This document shows, piece after piece, positions 28,252 to 38,096 of a stretch of 64,000 nt of DNA. The notes under the pieces are model-generated. The model made no database searches. It was not told where the DNA came from and saw only the letters and a list, made by a program, of their open reading frames with translations. The position numbers were made by a program, and so were the translations under genes. This DNA comes from a virus. Location: the IMG/VR virus record IMGVR_UViG_3300020442_002661, positions 1 to 64,000 of that record, one strand, 5' to 3'. How positions within the stretch are numbered: position 1 is the stretch's first letter; each line of letters begins with the position of its first letter.

Positions 28252-29253
28252 TTACTGTGACTGTCTTGCACGAATCATTGCTAAAATGTCTTGTGCATTA
28301 CCACCTTCTGCAGGTGCCGCTTCAGCCGCTGGTGCTGGAGTTGCTTCTGCTACTGGAGCCGCCGGAGCCGCTTCAGGTGCTGGTGTTGCCTCAGGTGCTG
28401 GTGTTGCCGCTGGAGCAGGAGTTGTCGGAGCCGCTTGCGCTACCGGATCACCTGTTCTTGCCGCCATACCCGCTGGACGGAAGTATTGTCCCCAACGGTC
28501 CATGTCATATGCTTCACCATCTACTGATGCTTCAAACATTTCTTGCATGACCTTAAGTTCTACTTCACCTGGCTTTTTAGGCAGGAAGTCATTAAGATTA
28601 AACAAGCCGTGTGTATTAACTGCTTGCATCTCTGCATCACTAAGTGGACGTTCTCTACGTGCCCAAGTACTAGTGCTATAGTCTGCATAGCCACCTTTAC
28701 TTGCTTTGTTAAGACGGAAGTCTACACCAGCAGTATAATCTGTTGGCAGTTCTTCCATATCTGGATCCATAAGCGCCTGCTTGATGATTTGAAAAATTTG
28801 TGGGCCAATAATAAACCTACGGATTGGATTTTCCGGAGTTCTATCTTCTTGTAACGGATTATCTGTTACAAACCCTTGGAAGATATACGAACGTTTCTTC
28901 CAATATTTACGACCCATGTCTTCTAAACTTGGATCTTTAAACCAGCCACGTACTTCATTAAGAATGTTACATGTCTCGCCGTACATTTCCATACATGGAA
29001 TTTGTACTTGTACTGGACGACTGTCTGTTTCGCCTTTTACACCAGCGAATGGAAGTTTGATCAACAAACGCTCTTTCCAGAAGAAAGTGTTGTCTGCATC
29101 TCCATCAGGAAGGAATCGCATTGTACTGCTTTCGCCTTCTTTCATATTCCAAAATGGGTAAATTGCGTTATCGCCGCCGCCGCTGTTAGAGTTACCACTT
29201 GTGCGGTTCTCTTGTTCTTTGAGCTTTGCTCGGATCTCAGCTAATGATGCCAT
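28252..29253 (-). CDS. single-stranded DNA-binding protein (T4 gp32-like); start moved to ATG 29253
   Basis: MASLAEIRAKL, YPFW, RFLPDG, KYWKKRSY, DYTAGVDFRL, YADYSTS; Ala/Pro-rich tail; SD GGAGG. Confidence 0.88.
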   Translation of the reverse strand: MASLAEIRAKLKEQENRTSGNSNSGGGDNAIYPFWNMKEGESSTMRFLPDGDADNTFFWKERLLIKLPFAGVKGETDSRPVQVQIPCMEMYGETCNILNEVRGWFKDPSLEDMGRKYWKKRSYIFQGFVTDNPLQEDRTPENPIRRFIIGPQIFQIIKQALMDPDMEELPTDYTAGVDFRLNKASKGGYADYSTSTWARRERPLSDAEMQAVNTHGLFNLNDFLPKKPGEVELKVMQEMFEASVDGEAYDMDRWGQYFRPAGMAARTGDPVAQAAPTTPAPAATPAPEATPAPEAAPAAPVAEATPAPAAEAAPAEGGNAQDILAMIRARQSQ

Positions 29254-29356
29254 AGTATGCCTCCTTTTATATTGCCTATGTGCTTTGTGCCTTTTTGTAT
29301 ATAGCACATTATGTACTATACACAACTATATAGCAGAAGTCAAGTGAAATCTGCTA
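29254..29356 (-). promoter_or_regulatory. ssb promoter and leader with three AGGCA repeats
   Basis: TTGACT-N17-TATAGT; AGGCA at 29288, 29273 and 29258; inverted repeat TAGCAGA/TCTGCTA around the -35. Confidence 0.65.
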
Positions 29357-29373
29357 AATTCTTGATTTTTTTA

Positions 29374-31332
29374 CTAAATTCCTGCTAGAGCCTTAAGAGT
29401 TTCAACTGCCGCCATAGCCTTTTTGTCCTTTTCTAGCTCGGCTTGCCGTTTCATAAGCTCTTTTTTCAGCTCTGGGTCTTTAGTTGTGTTGGGGTCCTTC
29501 TTAATATCTTGAAGTGCCTTCAACTTCGCTTTCAGATCCTTATCATCTTTGGTATCTGTAGCATATTCAATTTGCATATCGCCCTCACCTCTTACAGGTT
29601 TATCATATGATGGATCATCTGCTTTTGACAGGTCATCAACATCTTCTTCATCTAAATTGTACTTTTTCATTATAGCATTGATTGTAGAAAACATTTTAGC
29701 TGTAATAGGACTCGTGCCTGTTTTGTTTGAAATAAAGTCTTCATGATCATCTCCATCCCAACTTGTATCAAGCTCGTCTGTTGGATAACCTTTCATTTTG
29801 TTAAATGCTTCAACTTCATTTTCCTCAAAGGCATCTGCCGTAATACCTGAGTCCAATTTAGCACGTATCCATCCTTGTGCTAGATCATCGCCATTTGTTC
29901 CTTTGTATTGGTTAAATTTTTCGAACCAATCTTGTACTTCTATTTGGCCTTGTTTCATTGCGCCTTCTTGAACCGCATCCATAGGAATCATTACTTCTTC
30001 ATATTTTTGCATAATACGTTCAATAAAGTCTTTTGCAGATTCGATCTTATCTTCACCGTAGTCTTTTTCGACTGCTGTCAGCACTGCTGTTTCGCCTTTT
30101 GGAAACTTGCCAGTTTCTCTATCAAACATTGTTAGAATAAATTCAGTCATTGGTAGTTTTGGCTTTTCAGCTTTTGGGTTACCGTCCATTTTAGATAGCG
30201 CACCGTCTGGACCAATTTTTACATCCATTGGTCCGTCCATGTCGTCATGCTTTTCTGCAAACTGTCCCATCATTTTTTCAAATGCATATTCTATATCATC
30301 TGTTGTAGGAATATCTACAGATTCACTCTCTGATCTTTCAGCTACAGTATCTTTATCGCCTTCACCTAATAAATCTTCCGGACCTAGTTCTACTGCTTTT
30401 GTTGCTTCACTTACTAACTTATAGATATAAGGAAATACATCTTTTAGTTCTTCGTTAAACTGACGAATTGTAAGTTGGTCAATCCAATCACCTGCAACAT
30501 CTTCTGGTACTTCTTGTAGATCAGTTTTTACAAAGTTTCTAAATGCTTCTGTGTAATAACCTTTACGCTGTAGTCTCATTACACTGTCTTTTACTAGATC
30601 AATACGTTCATTTACAATATCCATATAACCTAACAAGCCCTCGGCCATGACTCCGCTTCTTGCCATATATGTTTTAAATTTACGTAGTTTGTTTAATTCT
30701 TCTGAAAGACCTAATACGTGCTTACCAAAATCATCGTATTGGTTTCCGCCTTCTGCAACATGACGTGCCATTGCTCTTGCACCATTTAGATGTTTGTAAG
30801 GATACTTAAATCTTTCACCATCTTTATTTTCAATATAAATGGCGCCAATTTTTTGTGTTCTGTTTTCACTGACGCTTTCTGTATGTTTTATTACAATACG
30901 AGCTGAGTCAATGTCTTGATAACTTAGCCTTGATGTACCGTATAATTTAGATTCTGTCATGGTATTGTCTCCGGTATTTTTTGCTAAAAATTTATAATCT
31001 CTTCTATTTAAGTTTGACTTTTGAATATCTCTGACGTCAAAGTTTAGCAGTCTTTTTCTAGCAAATGTACGTAGCTCTTTCAAAAAATCATACCAGTGTT
31101 TCTTTGTTGCTGGTTGATCGTTATCAAACAAAGCGTCACTATACATTACGCTAATTTTATCATCGTCTAAACTTACACTAACTTTTGAGTCTTTATTGTA
31201 CTCAAATTCATAAAAACGTGATTCGCTAGGTACGTTTGTAACTTGACCCTGCTCATTGCCAATGGTCATACGCTTAAACCTACCACGTAGTTTAGAAAAT
31301 AATTCTTCGCCTATTTTATCCAAGTCTTTCAT
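29374..31332 (-). CDS. large late protein of unknown function (acidic C-terminal half); start moved to ATG 31332
   Basis: Long ORF; GATAAATA 5 nt before ATG; GERFKYPYKHLNGARAMARH. Confidence 0.75.
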   Translation of the reverse strand: MKDLDKIGEELFSKLRGRFKRMTIGNEQGQVTNVPSESRFYEFEYNKDSKVSVSLDDDKISVMYSDALFDNDQPATKKHWYDFLKELRTFARKRLLNFDVRDIQKSNLNRRDYKFLAKNTGDNTMTESKLYGTSRLSYQDIDSARIVIKHTESVSENRTQKIGAIYIENKDGERFKYPYKHLNGARAMARHVAEGGNQYDDFGKHVLGLSEELNKLRKFKTYMARSGVMAEGLLGYMDIVNERIDLVKDSVMRLQRKGYYTEAFRNFVKTDLQEVPEDVAGDWIDQLTIRQFNEELKDVFPYIYKLVSEATKAVELGPEDLLGEGDKDTVAERSESESVDIPTTDDIEYAFEKMMGQFAEKHDDMDGPMDVKIGPDGALSKMDGNPKAEKPKLPMTEFILTMFDRETGKFPKGETAVLTAVEKDYGEDKIESAKDFIERIMQKYEEVMIPMDAVQEGAMKQGQIEVQDWFEKFNQYKGTNGDDLAQGWIRAKLDSGITADAFEENEVEAFNKMKGYPTDELDTSWDGDDHEDFISNKTGTSPITAKMFSTINAIMKKYNLDEEDVDDLSKADDPSYDKPVRGEGDMQIEYATDTKDDKDLKAKLKALQDIKKDPNTTKDPELKKELMKRQAELEKDKKAMAAVETLKALAGI

Positions 31333-31343
31333 ATTAGTATTTA

Positions 31344-32924
31344 TCAATAGTTGCTACTTATGAAGATAGGCATCGGCGGCTCATAATCTTCATCAGTTTC
31401 TGCCTGATTGAAGGTATTATACACCCTAGGATCCCAATCTTTGAGTACGCTCATCATTCTAATTGCTAACAGTGTTGCACTAATAAGATCGTCTGTAGTT
31501 CCTACTTTTGCATTATAACTGCTTCCTGTAGCAACAAAGTTTTTAAGTTCTGATATAAGTGCATTTGAATTTACTATCATTTTATCACTTTCGATCATAC
31601 TTTTTAACCTGCTACATGCTGTAACTTTTGTGCTGTGTGTTGTATTAAATCCTTTGCGGAACTTGCGTACATGTCCTTTACGAATTGGTTCACTTACAAA
31701 CAAGCCCGGTATATTTTCTTCACCAAAGTCGTTGATAACAATAAGTGCCGCTTCACCTAGTCCGTTGTTCTCAACACTCCAGTAAATACTTTGTGGTGAA
31801 TTAGTTGTGCTTTCAATATACTTACAAATATCTGCAAGCACACGTATTTGTCCTGGTATAGCTGTTTGGTTGTGTCGCCATTCTGCAACTTGTGTATAAC
31901 TAGGTAGTTCAAATACTTGAATAGCACTGTAGTCTCCACCTGTGCCCATACTAGGATCAAGTGCTACAGCATAGGTAAATTCTGATGTTGGCTTTTTATA
32001 CCAACGAGTTTGCCCCATGTTTATTACAGGTTGTATTCCTTCTAACACTGATAATTTTATACTGTTGATAAGTGTTTCATCAAATACTAGGAATTCACAA
32101 CCATATTCTCTTCTAAATTTTTCTTCACCAATACGTCCAATTTCATCATCTTTCCATTGTTCATCTCTATCTGGATGTTCATCCCAACTAGCTCTAAAAC
32201 TGTGAAAGCCGTTTATACCTACATCTTGCTCATTACCGTTAGCATCAAACTTTTCTTCTGCTTGTTTCCAAATAGTTGCAAATGTATCTTCGTCTGAATT
32301 AGGTGTGCTTGTAATAATAGCACGACCACCTGTTGCTAGTGTAGGTGATATTGATGTCCAAAATTCATCTGCAATCGTAGGTTGTACAAACGCAAACTCA
32401 TCACAATATAATAATGATATAGACATACCTCTACCAGTATTTCCAGTAGTTGTAGCACTCATAATCCTGCTACCATTTTCAAATTCTATACTACCTTTGT
32501 TATAACTTGTTACACCTGCTCTTATAAAGTCAGGACAAGTTTCATACACATATCTAATACGTGTCATAATTTCCTGTGCGCCTGTATACTTGTGTGCCGC
32601 AATAAGCACAGTTTGATCTGGATTAAACATTGCATACCAAGCTAGGTAGATTGCCGCACAGGTAGTTTTTCCTGTTTGTCTTGGCATCATATTAATATTA
32701 AATCTATATGTATGATAACTATGCATCAATCTAAGTTGATACTCATAAGGTTTAAATAATAATTTACCTTCTACAGGATGCTGTATGTATGCAAAGTGTT
32801 CAGCAAAATATAGATACCCTTTATCGGGATCCATACATTTAGATAAATGCTGTATTTGTTCTTCTGTGAATGTTTCTCGTGTATTGGCTTTTTTGGTTAA
32901 TACACCGTCTAAACTCTTACTCAT
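31344..32924 (-). CDS. terminase large subunit (T4 gp17-like)
   Basis: YEYQ, PRQTGKT, GRGMS..LYCDEFAF, ITSTPN, FRREYGCEF, ALDPSMG, VENN, DDLI. Confidence 0.96.
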   Translation of the reverse strand: MSKSLDGVLTKKANTRETFTEEQIQHLSKCMDPDKGYLYFAEHFAYIQHPVEGKLLFKPYEYQLRLMHSYHTYRFNINMMPRQTGKTTCAAIYLAWYAMFNPDQTVLIAAHKYTGAQEIMTRIRYVYETCPDFIRAGVTSYNKGSIEFENGSRIMSATTTGNTGRGMSISLLYCDEFAFVQPTIADEFWTSISPTLATGGRAIITSTPNSDEDTFATIWKQAEEKFDANGNEQDVGINGFHSFRASWDEHPDRDEQWKDDEIGRIGEEKFRREYGCEFLVFDETLINSIKLSVLEGIQPVINMGQTRWYKKPTSEFTYAVALDPSMGTGGDYSAIQVFELPSYTQVAEWRHNQTAIPGQIRVLADICKYIESTTNSPQSIYWSVENNGLGEAALIVINDFGEENIPGLFVSEPIRKGHVRKFRKGFNTTHSTKVTACSRLKSMIESDKMIVNSNALISELKNFVATGSSYNAKVGTTDDLISATLLAIRMMSVLKDWDPRVYNTFNQAETDEDYEPPMPIFISSNY

Positions 32925-32940
32925 GGAAATATTTAGTCAA

Positions 32941-32965
32941 GAAAATAGGGCCCGTAGGCCCTATT
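32941..32965 (-). terminator. intrinsic terminator
   Basis: AATAGGGCC-TACG-GGCCCTATT then TTC; C(UACG)G tetraloop. Confidence 0.8.
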
Positions 32966-32973
32966 GAATTTGT

Positions 32974-33612
32974 TTAACCGCAGTGTGCGGCAAATAATTT
33001 TTCGAATTTACCTTTATCGCAACCGTATTCGTCTTGTACTTTCTTAAACATTTCATGTTTAGCACAACCGCTTGCGTAAAGTTTTTTCATCTCGCCTACA
33101 CAGCCTGCTTCGTCAAAGTCTGCATCTGCTGGTGCCATTTTTTCTGCTAGTGCTTTGGCTAATTCGCTTCTAAGCTCATCTTCCATTGCCATTGCATTGT
33201 CACCTCTGTTTGCGGCTTTGTATTGATTTTTCTCTCTATTAGCACCGCCTGAAAGATCTTTTGTCATATAGTGTTGATCTTTGTAATCTTCGTCTGGTGA
33301 ATTATCCCATTCTTCTTTTGACTCTTCGTCACCCATCAAATCTTTTTTCATATCCATAGGTGGTTTTGGTCCAACAATAGCTTTTAGTTTGCTCATTGGT
33401 GGATTAATCATATCCATATCAACTGGCTTAGCATCTGGTGCTCCACCGCCTTGCATAATTTTTAACAAACTTGCAACTTCACTAGCACTGTCACCTGACA
33501 TACTGATGTTCATTGATGCACCTTCGTCAATGCGTTTTACTTCTGCCGGAGTTGGATCTGTTGTTTCATCAATTCTATCTAACTCGGCTAATTTTTCAAG
33601 TAGTTCTTTCAT
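32974..33612 (-). CDS. acidic low-complexity late protein (possible head or scaffold component); start moved to ATG 33612
   Basis: SD GGAGG before MKELLEKL; D/E/M-rich. Confidence 0.65.
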   Translation of the reverse strand: MKELLEKLAELDRIDETTDPTPAEVKRIDEGASMNISMSGDSASEVASLLKIMQGGGAPDAKPVDMDMINPPMSKLKAIVGPKPPMDMKKDLMGDEESKEEWDNSPDEDYKDQHYMTKDLSGGANREKNQYKAANRGDNAMAMEDELRSELAKALAEKMAPADADFDEAGCVGEMKKLYASGCAKHEMFKKVQDEYGCDKGKFEKLFAAHCG

Positions 33613-33613
33613 A

Positions 33614-34186
33614 TTAGCCTCCAATAACTGCTTTTGTGTTTTCGCTGGCATCGATGTCTTTGCTTTCACCTTTTGGTGCGCCTTCTTGAGGATCAATGTT
33701 TCTTTCTTTACGAGCTGTTTCTAACTCTTTTAAAAGATCCATTACTCTGTTGCCAGCAACTTTATCTTGTGCGTCTGGATCTGCTTGTTCCATTTCCTCT
33801 GTTTCTAATTTAGTTTCATATGGTTCGCTAGGCTGTTTTGCATAGTTGTCATCTGCTCTATCATCATTCATGTTACGCACAATTACATGACTTGGTTCAC
33901 ATGGGCAACATTTTTCAATGTAATCTTCTAGCATCTGGGGGGTAGTTGGATAGTTTAAAGATACTTCGTAATATGTTACTTCCATGTTTTGTAGTTGAGG
34001 GAAATCTAAAGGACGTTCTTGAATTGGTGTTTTCTTACCTGCTGACATTTCTACAATATCAAATTTTTTCAAACATGTTTCTAAATGATCTACAAAGCCT
34101 TCTGCAAGATCACCTGCTACACCTATTTGAAATTGGTATACCTTATTGTTATAAACTTCATTTAATACTTCTGTAAATTTACCCAT
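33614..34186 (-). CDS. hypothetical late protein
   Basis: KKTPIQERPLDFP; SD GAGG and GATAAATA (34208-34215) upstream. Confidence 0.7.
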   Translation of the reverse strand: MGKFTEVLNEVYNNKVYQFQIGVAGDLAEGFVDHLETCLKKFDIVEMSAGKKTPIQERPLDFPQLQNMEVTYYEVSLNYPTTPQMLEDYIEKCCPCEPSHVIVRNMNDDRADDNYAKQPSEPYETKLETEEMEQADPDAQDKVAGNRVMDLLKELETARKERNIDPQEGAPKGESKDIDASENTKAVIGG

Positions 34187-34206
34187 AGTTTTCTTCCTCT
34201 ATATAA

Positions 34207-34710
34207 CTATTTATCCTCTGACATGCCTTTTAGCTTGGCAATTAAGGAGTTTCTATCTGTAACAATAGCACCTTGTCCAGTTATCATTTCGCCTGAATCG
34301 CCATTGTCTTTGTCTTGTTTTTCTTTTTTAAGTTGCAATTCAATCATTTTAAGTTTCTTATCCATCTTTGCAACTTTAGCATCTAAACTAGTTTTAAGCA
34401 TAGAACCAGCAACTTCAAACACCCTGCCTGAATAACGGCTTTCTACGTTCATACCCAGATCCATCAAATCTTCATAACTTTGTAAAGCACGATCTGCTAT
34501 GTCTTCTAGTTCTGTATCTGCTTTTTCACCCAAGCCTTTTACTTGTGGTAGGGCGGCCGCAATTTTATCAAATTCAGCCATATCACGAAAAGTATCTTGC
34601 TGAGTAGCTACTGCTTTTGTTTTTTCTTTTTTGACTTCTTGAGACTTTGCATCACTAATAATTTCTTGTGAATCTGGCATGTCTAATAGGTCTTGCAATT
34701 TCTTTGTCAT
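34207..34710 (-). CDS. probable terminase small subunit (gp16-like)
   Basis: Helical, ESRYSGRVFEVA resembling the gp16 core, close to TerL. Confidence 0.5.
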   Translation of the reverse strand: MTKKLQDLLDMPDSQEIISDAKSQEVKKEKTKAVATQQDTFRDMAEFDKIAAALPQVKGLGEKADTELEDIADRALQSYEDLMDLGMNVESRYSGRVFEVAGSMLKTSLDAKVAKMDKKLKMIELQLKKEKQDKDNGDSGEMITGQGAIVTDRNSLIAKLKGMSEDK

Positions 34711-34725
34711 TATATACTACTTTAA

Positions 34726-35343
34726 CTATCTTAATGTATTTAGCCATTGTTCTTTGGTAATATGAAAATACCAGGCTCTATATGGTTTGCCTAATCCTTC
34801 AGTAATTCTGGGATTAAACCAAAACGGACCTAAGCCTGCACTAGTCAACGGTCCATTTTTTCCTGAATGGTTACACTTAATATAAATCTCGTTAAAATAT
34901 TGAAATGCATCTTCACAGAAAAAATCCCAATTAAAATGTGTGCCAGGCTTCAATGATTCCCTATCAAATTCAGTACGCTGTGCTAACAATATATCATACT
35001 TGCCAGGCCAGTCAGTTGGTTTATTGTTTTCTATATACAGTTCATATCTTTTTAATTTAATTAAATTACAGCATCTTGTAAACAAAGGTTCATTATAAAT
35101 TGCTTCTTTAATATCTGTTGCTTCAACGTGTATACCTTTTTGTTGTAATTGAAAACATGTCATACCTACACCTGTTCCTATGTCTAGTGCAGTTTTTTTA
35201 TTTGACCAATCTATTTTATCAAGGTAATATTCTTTTTCACTCCAATGTTTGTCCCATTCTCTGATATATTTTGCTCCCCTATGTTTTTTAGGAAAGTCAT
35301 ACATTATATCAAACATCTTTTCTTTGTATTCTAATGCGTTCAT
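34726..35343 (-). CDS. SAM-dependent methyltransferase
   Basis: ALDIGTGVG, EATDI, KYDILL. Confidence 0.7.
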   Translation of the reverse strand: MNALEYKEKMFDIMYDFPKKHRGAKYIREWDKHWSEKEYYLDKIDWSNKKTALDIGTGVGMTCFQLQQKGIHVEATDIKEAIYNEPLFTRCCNLIKLKRYELYIENNKPTDWPGKYDILLAQRTEFDRESLKPGTHFNWDFFCEDAFQYFNEIYIKCNHSGKNGPLTSAGLGPFWFNPRITEGLGKPYRAWYFHITKEQWLNTLR

Positions 35344-35780
35344 CTTTTCCGCCTTCCATTATGGAAAATATCTTGCTCGTTAATAATTCTAAATCTTATG
35401 CCTCGTTGTTTGCACCATTTGCTCGCCGCTTCCCACTTTGCTTGGTTAACAACATAAGCCGCTTGGTTGTGTCTTGAACGCCCTACTTTTTCTCTTAATG
35501 TTTGGTTTGCTGGTTTTACTTCTATAAGTTCAACATGTTGCTTACTTTTTTTGTCGGCATACACAATAAAGAAGTCAGGAACATAAATTGTATGCTTACC
35601 TGTCAAAGGATTTCTATATGGAATTTTTATTGATTCACTTGCCCATTTACTAACACTAGGATGGTTATCTAAAAACTGCATGAAAGTAAATTCCCAACTG
35701 GATCTATATGTAGGAGTTCTATTACCTAGAAATTTATCTGGATTTTTTAGTTCGAATTTTCCTTGTGCAAATCTAGGCAT
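35340..35780 (-). CDS. head completion nuclease (T4 gp4, TnsA-like)
   Basis: YRSSWE, WASE, YVPDF, IEVKP, NQAKWEAA. Confidence 0.9.
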   Translation of the reverse strand: MPRFAQGKFELKNPDKFLGNRTPTYRSSWEFTFMQFLDNHPSVSKWASESIKIPYRNPLTGKHTIYVPDFFIVYADKKSKQHVELIEVKPANQTLREKVGRSRHNQAAYVVNQAKWEAASKWCKQRGIRFRIINEQDIFHNGRRKR

Positions 35781-35781
35781 G

Positions 35782-36141
35782 TCATGCTACTATATTTCTT
35801 AGCTCTACACGATTTGCAGTATCAATTTTAAAACCTATTATACTATTTTTTGATCTGTTGTAATTCAAAACTTCTGCTACAAGTCCACTAATTTGAACAT
35901 CGTCTAAGCCTTTAAGTGTATCAAGCAGTGTAAATATTTCTACATTATCAATTATGGATTGTTGTATGAGTACTGTAGCAACATTAGCCGCGCTTATATC
36001 GTCAAATCCTCTTTTTTCAAAAAACCCTACAACAGCATCTATCTTGTTTGAAGATACACTTATTTTTTCTGTAAAATATTTGTTGTAAAATTCTTTTACT
36101 TCTTCTCCACTATCTATTGGTTTAATTTTAAACTCGCTCAT
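35782..36141 (-). CDS. hypothetical virion-module protein
   Basis: 119-aa ORF coupled to the upstream gene. Confidence 0.7.
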   Translation of the reverse strand: MSEFKIKPIDSGEEVKEFYNKYFTEKISVSSNKIDAVVGFFEKRGFDDISAANVATVLIQQSIIDNVEIFTLLDTLKGLDDVQISGLVAEVLNYNRSKNSIIGFKIDTANRVELRNIVA

Positions 36142-37307
36142 ATTTGATCGTTACCTCCAAGAATGTCTGACCTTAGTGTATTAGAACTAGGTGCGTTACC
36201 TTGTAGTTGTAAAATTTTATCTTGGTATACTGTGCTTGTGTTATTAACATTTCCACCGTTAGTTGTTGTTACTGACGCATTGCCACCATTACCTGTTTGT
36301 TTAGGGAAGTTGACATCACTCAGTCCGCCTACAGCTTCTTTTGTAATATTACCTAAAGCACTTTTTATAATACTGTATCCTTCTTGACGTAAACCTTCTT
36401 TTGTAAGTGCTTTTGCATTTTTGTAAGTATTAAAAACTGTTAATGCTGTGCCTAAATTAAATTGACCGCCTGCAATGTCGCCAATAATATCACTTATACC
36501 TCCAACAACACCTCCTTGTCCAAGTAGTGATGTTGTGCCACCACCACCCAATGATAGTGGGCTTGGTGTAGAATCATAATGTATAGTTCCAAATCCTGCA
36601 GGATTATCTTCACCTACTGGTCCTCTACTATAGAATACAGTTTCATATGCTACTGTCATTTGGTTTTGTGTAACTTCACTACCTGCATTAGAATCCATTT
36701 GATCATGTGTAAGTCCTGTAACAAGAGGATTTACAAGTGTGTATGCAATATATTCTTTTCTTGCCATTTGATAGATTGTAATTTTATTAAAGAATGGTTC
36801 TGTGTGATCGTTATCTAAACCATACCTATAATTTTGTGATGCAGGTGTACCATATGTGTTACGAGGTGCATAAGGAGGACTTACTCCGCCTGTGTTGTAA
36901 TTTCCATCTCTATAATAATATCTATAATAGGCTTCCATTAATGTAGTTGTCAATCCTAAATTATCATCATGAAATGTTATGTTGACAGGATCATATTCCA
37001 ATGTTGTTTGTAAATTCTTTTTTCTATTGTACATGTTTTTTGTTACAGTTTGTACAGAAAATTTTGGTAAGTCGACTGCCTTCACAAGCATGTTTAATTC
37101 AAGTTTATGACGTTGATCTAATTGAGGCATAACTTTTTGTGCTGATGCACTCAATTCAAATACAGTGTAAAAGAGAAATTTTGATTTAGGTGAAAGTCTA
37201 AATCCGTCGTCGTTAAACAAACGTGCGGCATGTTGATAATCTTTTAGATTACCGCCAGGATTAAGAGCGCCTTGGAATACGTTATTTAGAAAACCTTTGA
37301 ACTTCAT
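36138..37307 (-). CDS. tail-tube-fold baseplate/tube initiator protein (gp48/gp54-like); start moved to ATG 37307
   Basis: VKAVDLPKF, YNRK, YDPVNITFHDD, MTVAYE; next to the tube gene; GATAAATA 5 nt before ATG. Confidence 0.7.
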   Translation of the reverse strand: MKFKGFLNNVFQGALNPGGNLKDYQHAARLFNDDGFRLSPKSKFLFYTVFELSASAQKVMPQLDQRHKLELNMLVKAVDLPKFSVQTVTKNMYNRKKNLQTTLEYDPVNITFHDDNLGLTTTLMEAYYRYYYRDGNYNTGGVSPPYAPRNTYGTPASQNYRYGLDNDHTEPFFNKITIYQMARKEYIAYTLVNPLVTGLTHDQMDSNAGSEVTQNQMTVAYETVFYSRGPVGEDNPAGFGTIHYDSTPSPLSLGGGGTTSLLGQGGVVGGISDIIGDIAGGQFNLGTALTVFNTYKNAKALTKEGLRQEGYSIIKSALGNITKEAVGGLSDVNFPKQTGNGGNASVTTTNGGNVNNTSTVYQDKILQLQGNAPSSNTLRSDILGGNDQI

Positions 37308-37340
37308 ACTAATATTTATCCTGGAGAGAAAAGTGCGTAT

Positions 37341-37372
37341 AAAAAGAAAAAGGGTGACCGAAGCCACCCTTT
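37341..37372 (-). terminator. intrinsic terminator after the tail tube gene
   Basis: GGGTGGC-TTCG-GTCACCC followed by TTTTTCTTTTT. Confidence 0.85.
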
Positions 37373-37398
37373 AAAATCTATGGCAATTTGTTTAGGTA

Positions 37399-38031
37399 TT
37401 AGCCAATACCGCCGCCACCAGTAACTAGACTGTTAAGCGTTCTACCAACTGCTGTACCAATTCCTTCACCTTGTGGTGATTGAACAGCATTATCAAATCT
37501 AATTGATAGTGTAATTGATACTGGGTCGTTTGCACTATAAGTTAATTGGTTATAGTTTGCGTTTTGAATGAAACAACCGTATAATTCGAATGTTTCTAAA
37601 ATGTTTGGTGTGTTTGCACCATTACCACCATCTAGTACTTCAATTCTTGTTGTAAATTTATAATCAATACCAGATGCCGCAGTTGACATTTCAAAGAAGT
37701 CAAACTGTTTCTGAAGTTGTTCACCAACAAGTTTTTGAACACTGTTGTTTACATCTTCACGTAAGTTTAGTGTAATAGGTTCAAATGTATGTCTACCTGC
37801 TAGATAAGCACGTGAGTTATACACTGGAATCTCTACTTCCTCAAATGTAACACTTGGGCGTGTCACATCCATAACTTGCTTGGTTAATTCTGTTGTTGGT
37901 GTTGATACACCAAAGTTCTCTAGCATCACTCTAAAGCGATACTGTAGTTTTGGCATCAACATACCTTGGGTTGATGCACTACTGTCAGATGCTAAAGGAA
38001 CTGTAATTTTTGATAATGTTGAAATTGCCAT
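37399..38031 (-). CDS. tail tube protein (gp19-like)
   Basis: PKLQYRFRV, YLAGRHTFEPITL, FELYGCF; follows the sheath; SD AGGAG and late box 38050-38057. Confidence 0.85.
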   Translation of the reverse strand: MAISTLSKITVPLASDSSASTQGMLMPKLQYRFRVMLENFGVSTPTTELTKQVMDVTRPSVTFEEVEIPVYNSRAYLAGRHTFEPITLNLREDVNNSVQKLVGEQLQKQFDFFEMSTAASGIDYKFTTRIEVLDGGNGANTPNILETFELYGCFIQNANYNQLTYSANDPVSITLSIRFDNAVQSPQGEGIGTAVGRTLNSLVTGGGGIG

Positions 38032-38064
38032 ATGTTTCTCCTGTTACAGTATTTATCAATTAAC

Positions 38065-38086
38065 GGACCCCATATTTCAGGGGTCC
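38065..38086 (-). terminator. hairpin between sheath and tube genes
   Basis: GGACCCC/GGGGTCC stem; weak U-tract. Confidence 0.5.
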
Positions 38087-38096
38087 ATTTAAACTA

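Noticed and set aside
28300-28450. GC-rich short repeats resembling an array
   Set aside because: They encode the Ala/Pro/Thr/Glu linker of the SSB tail; there is no repeat-spacer structure
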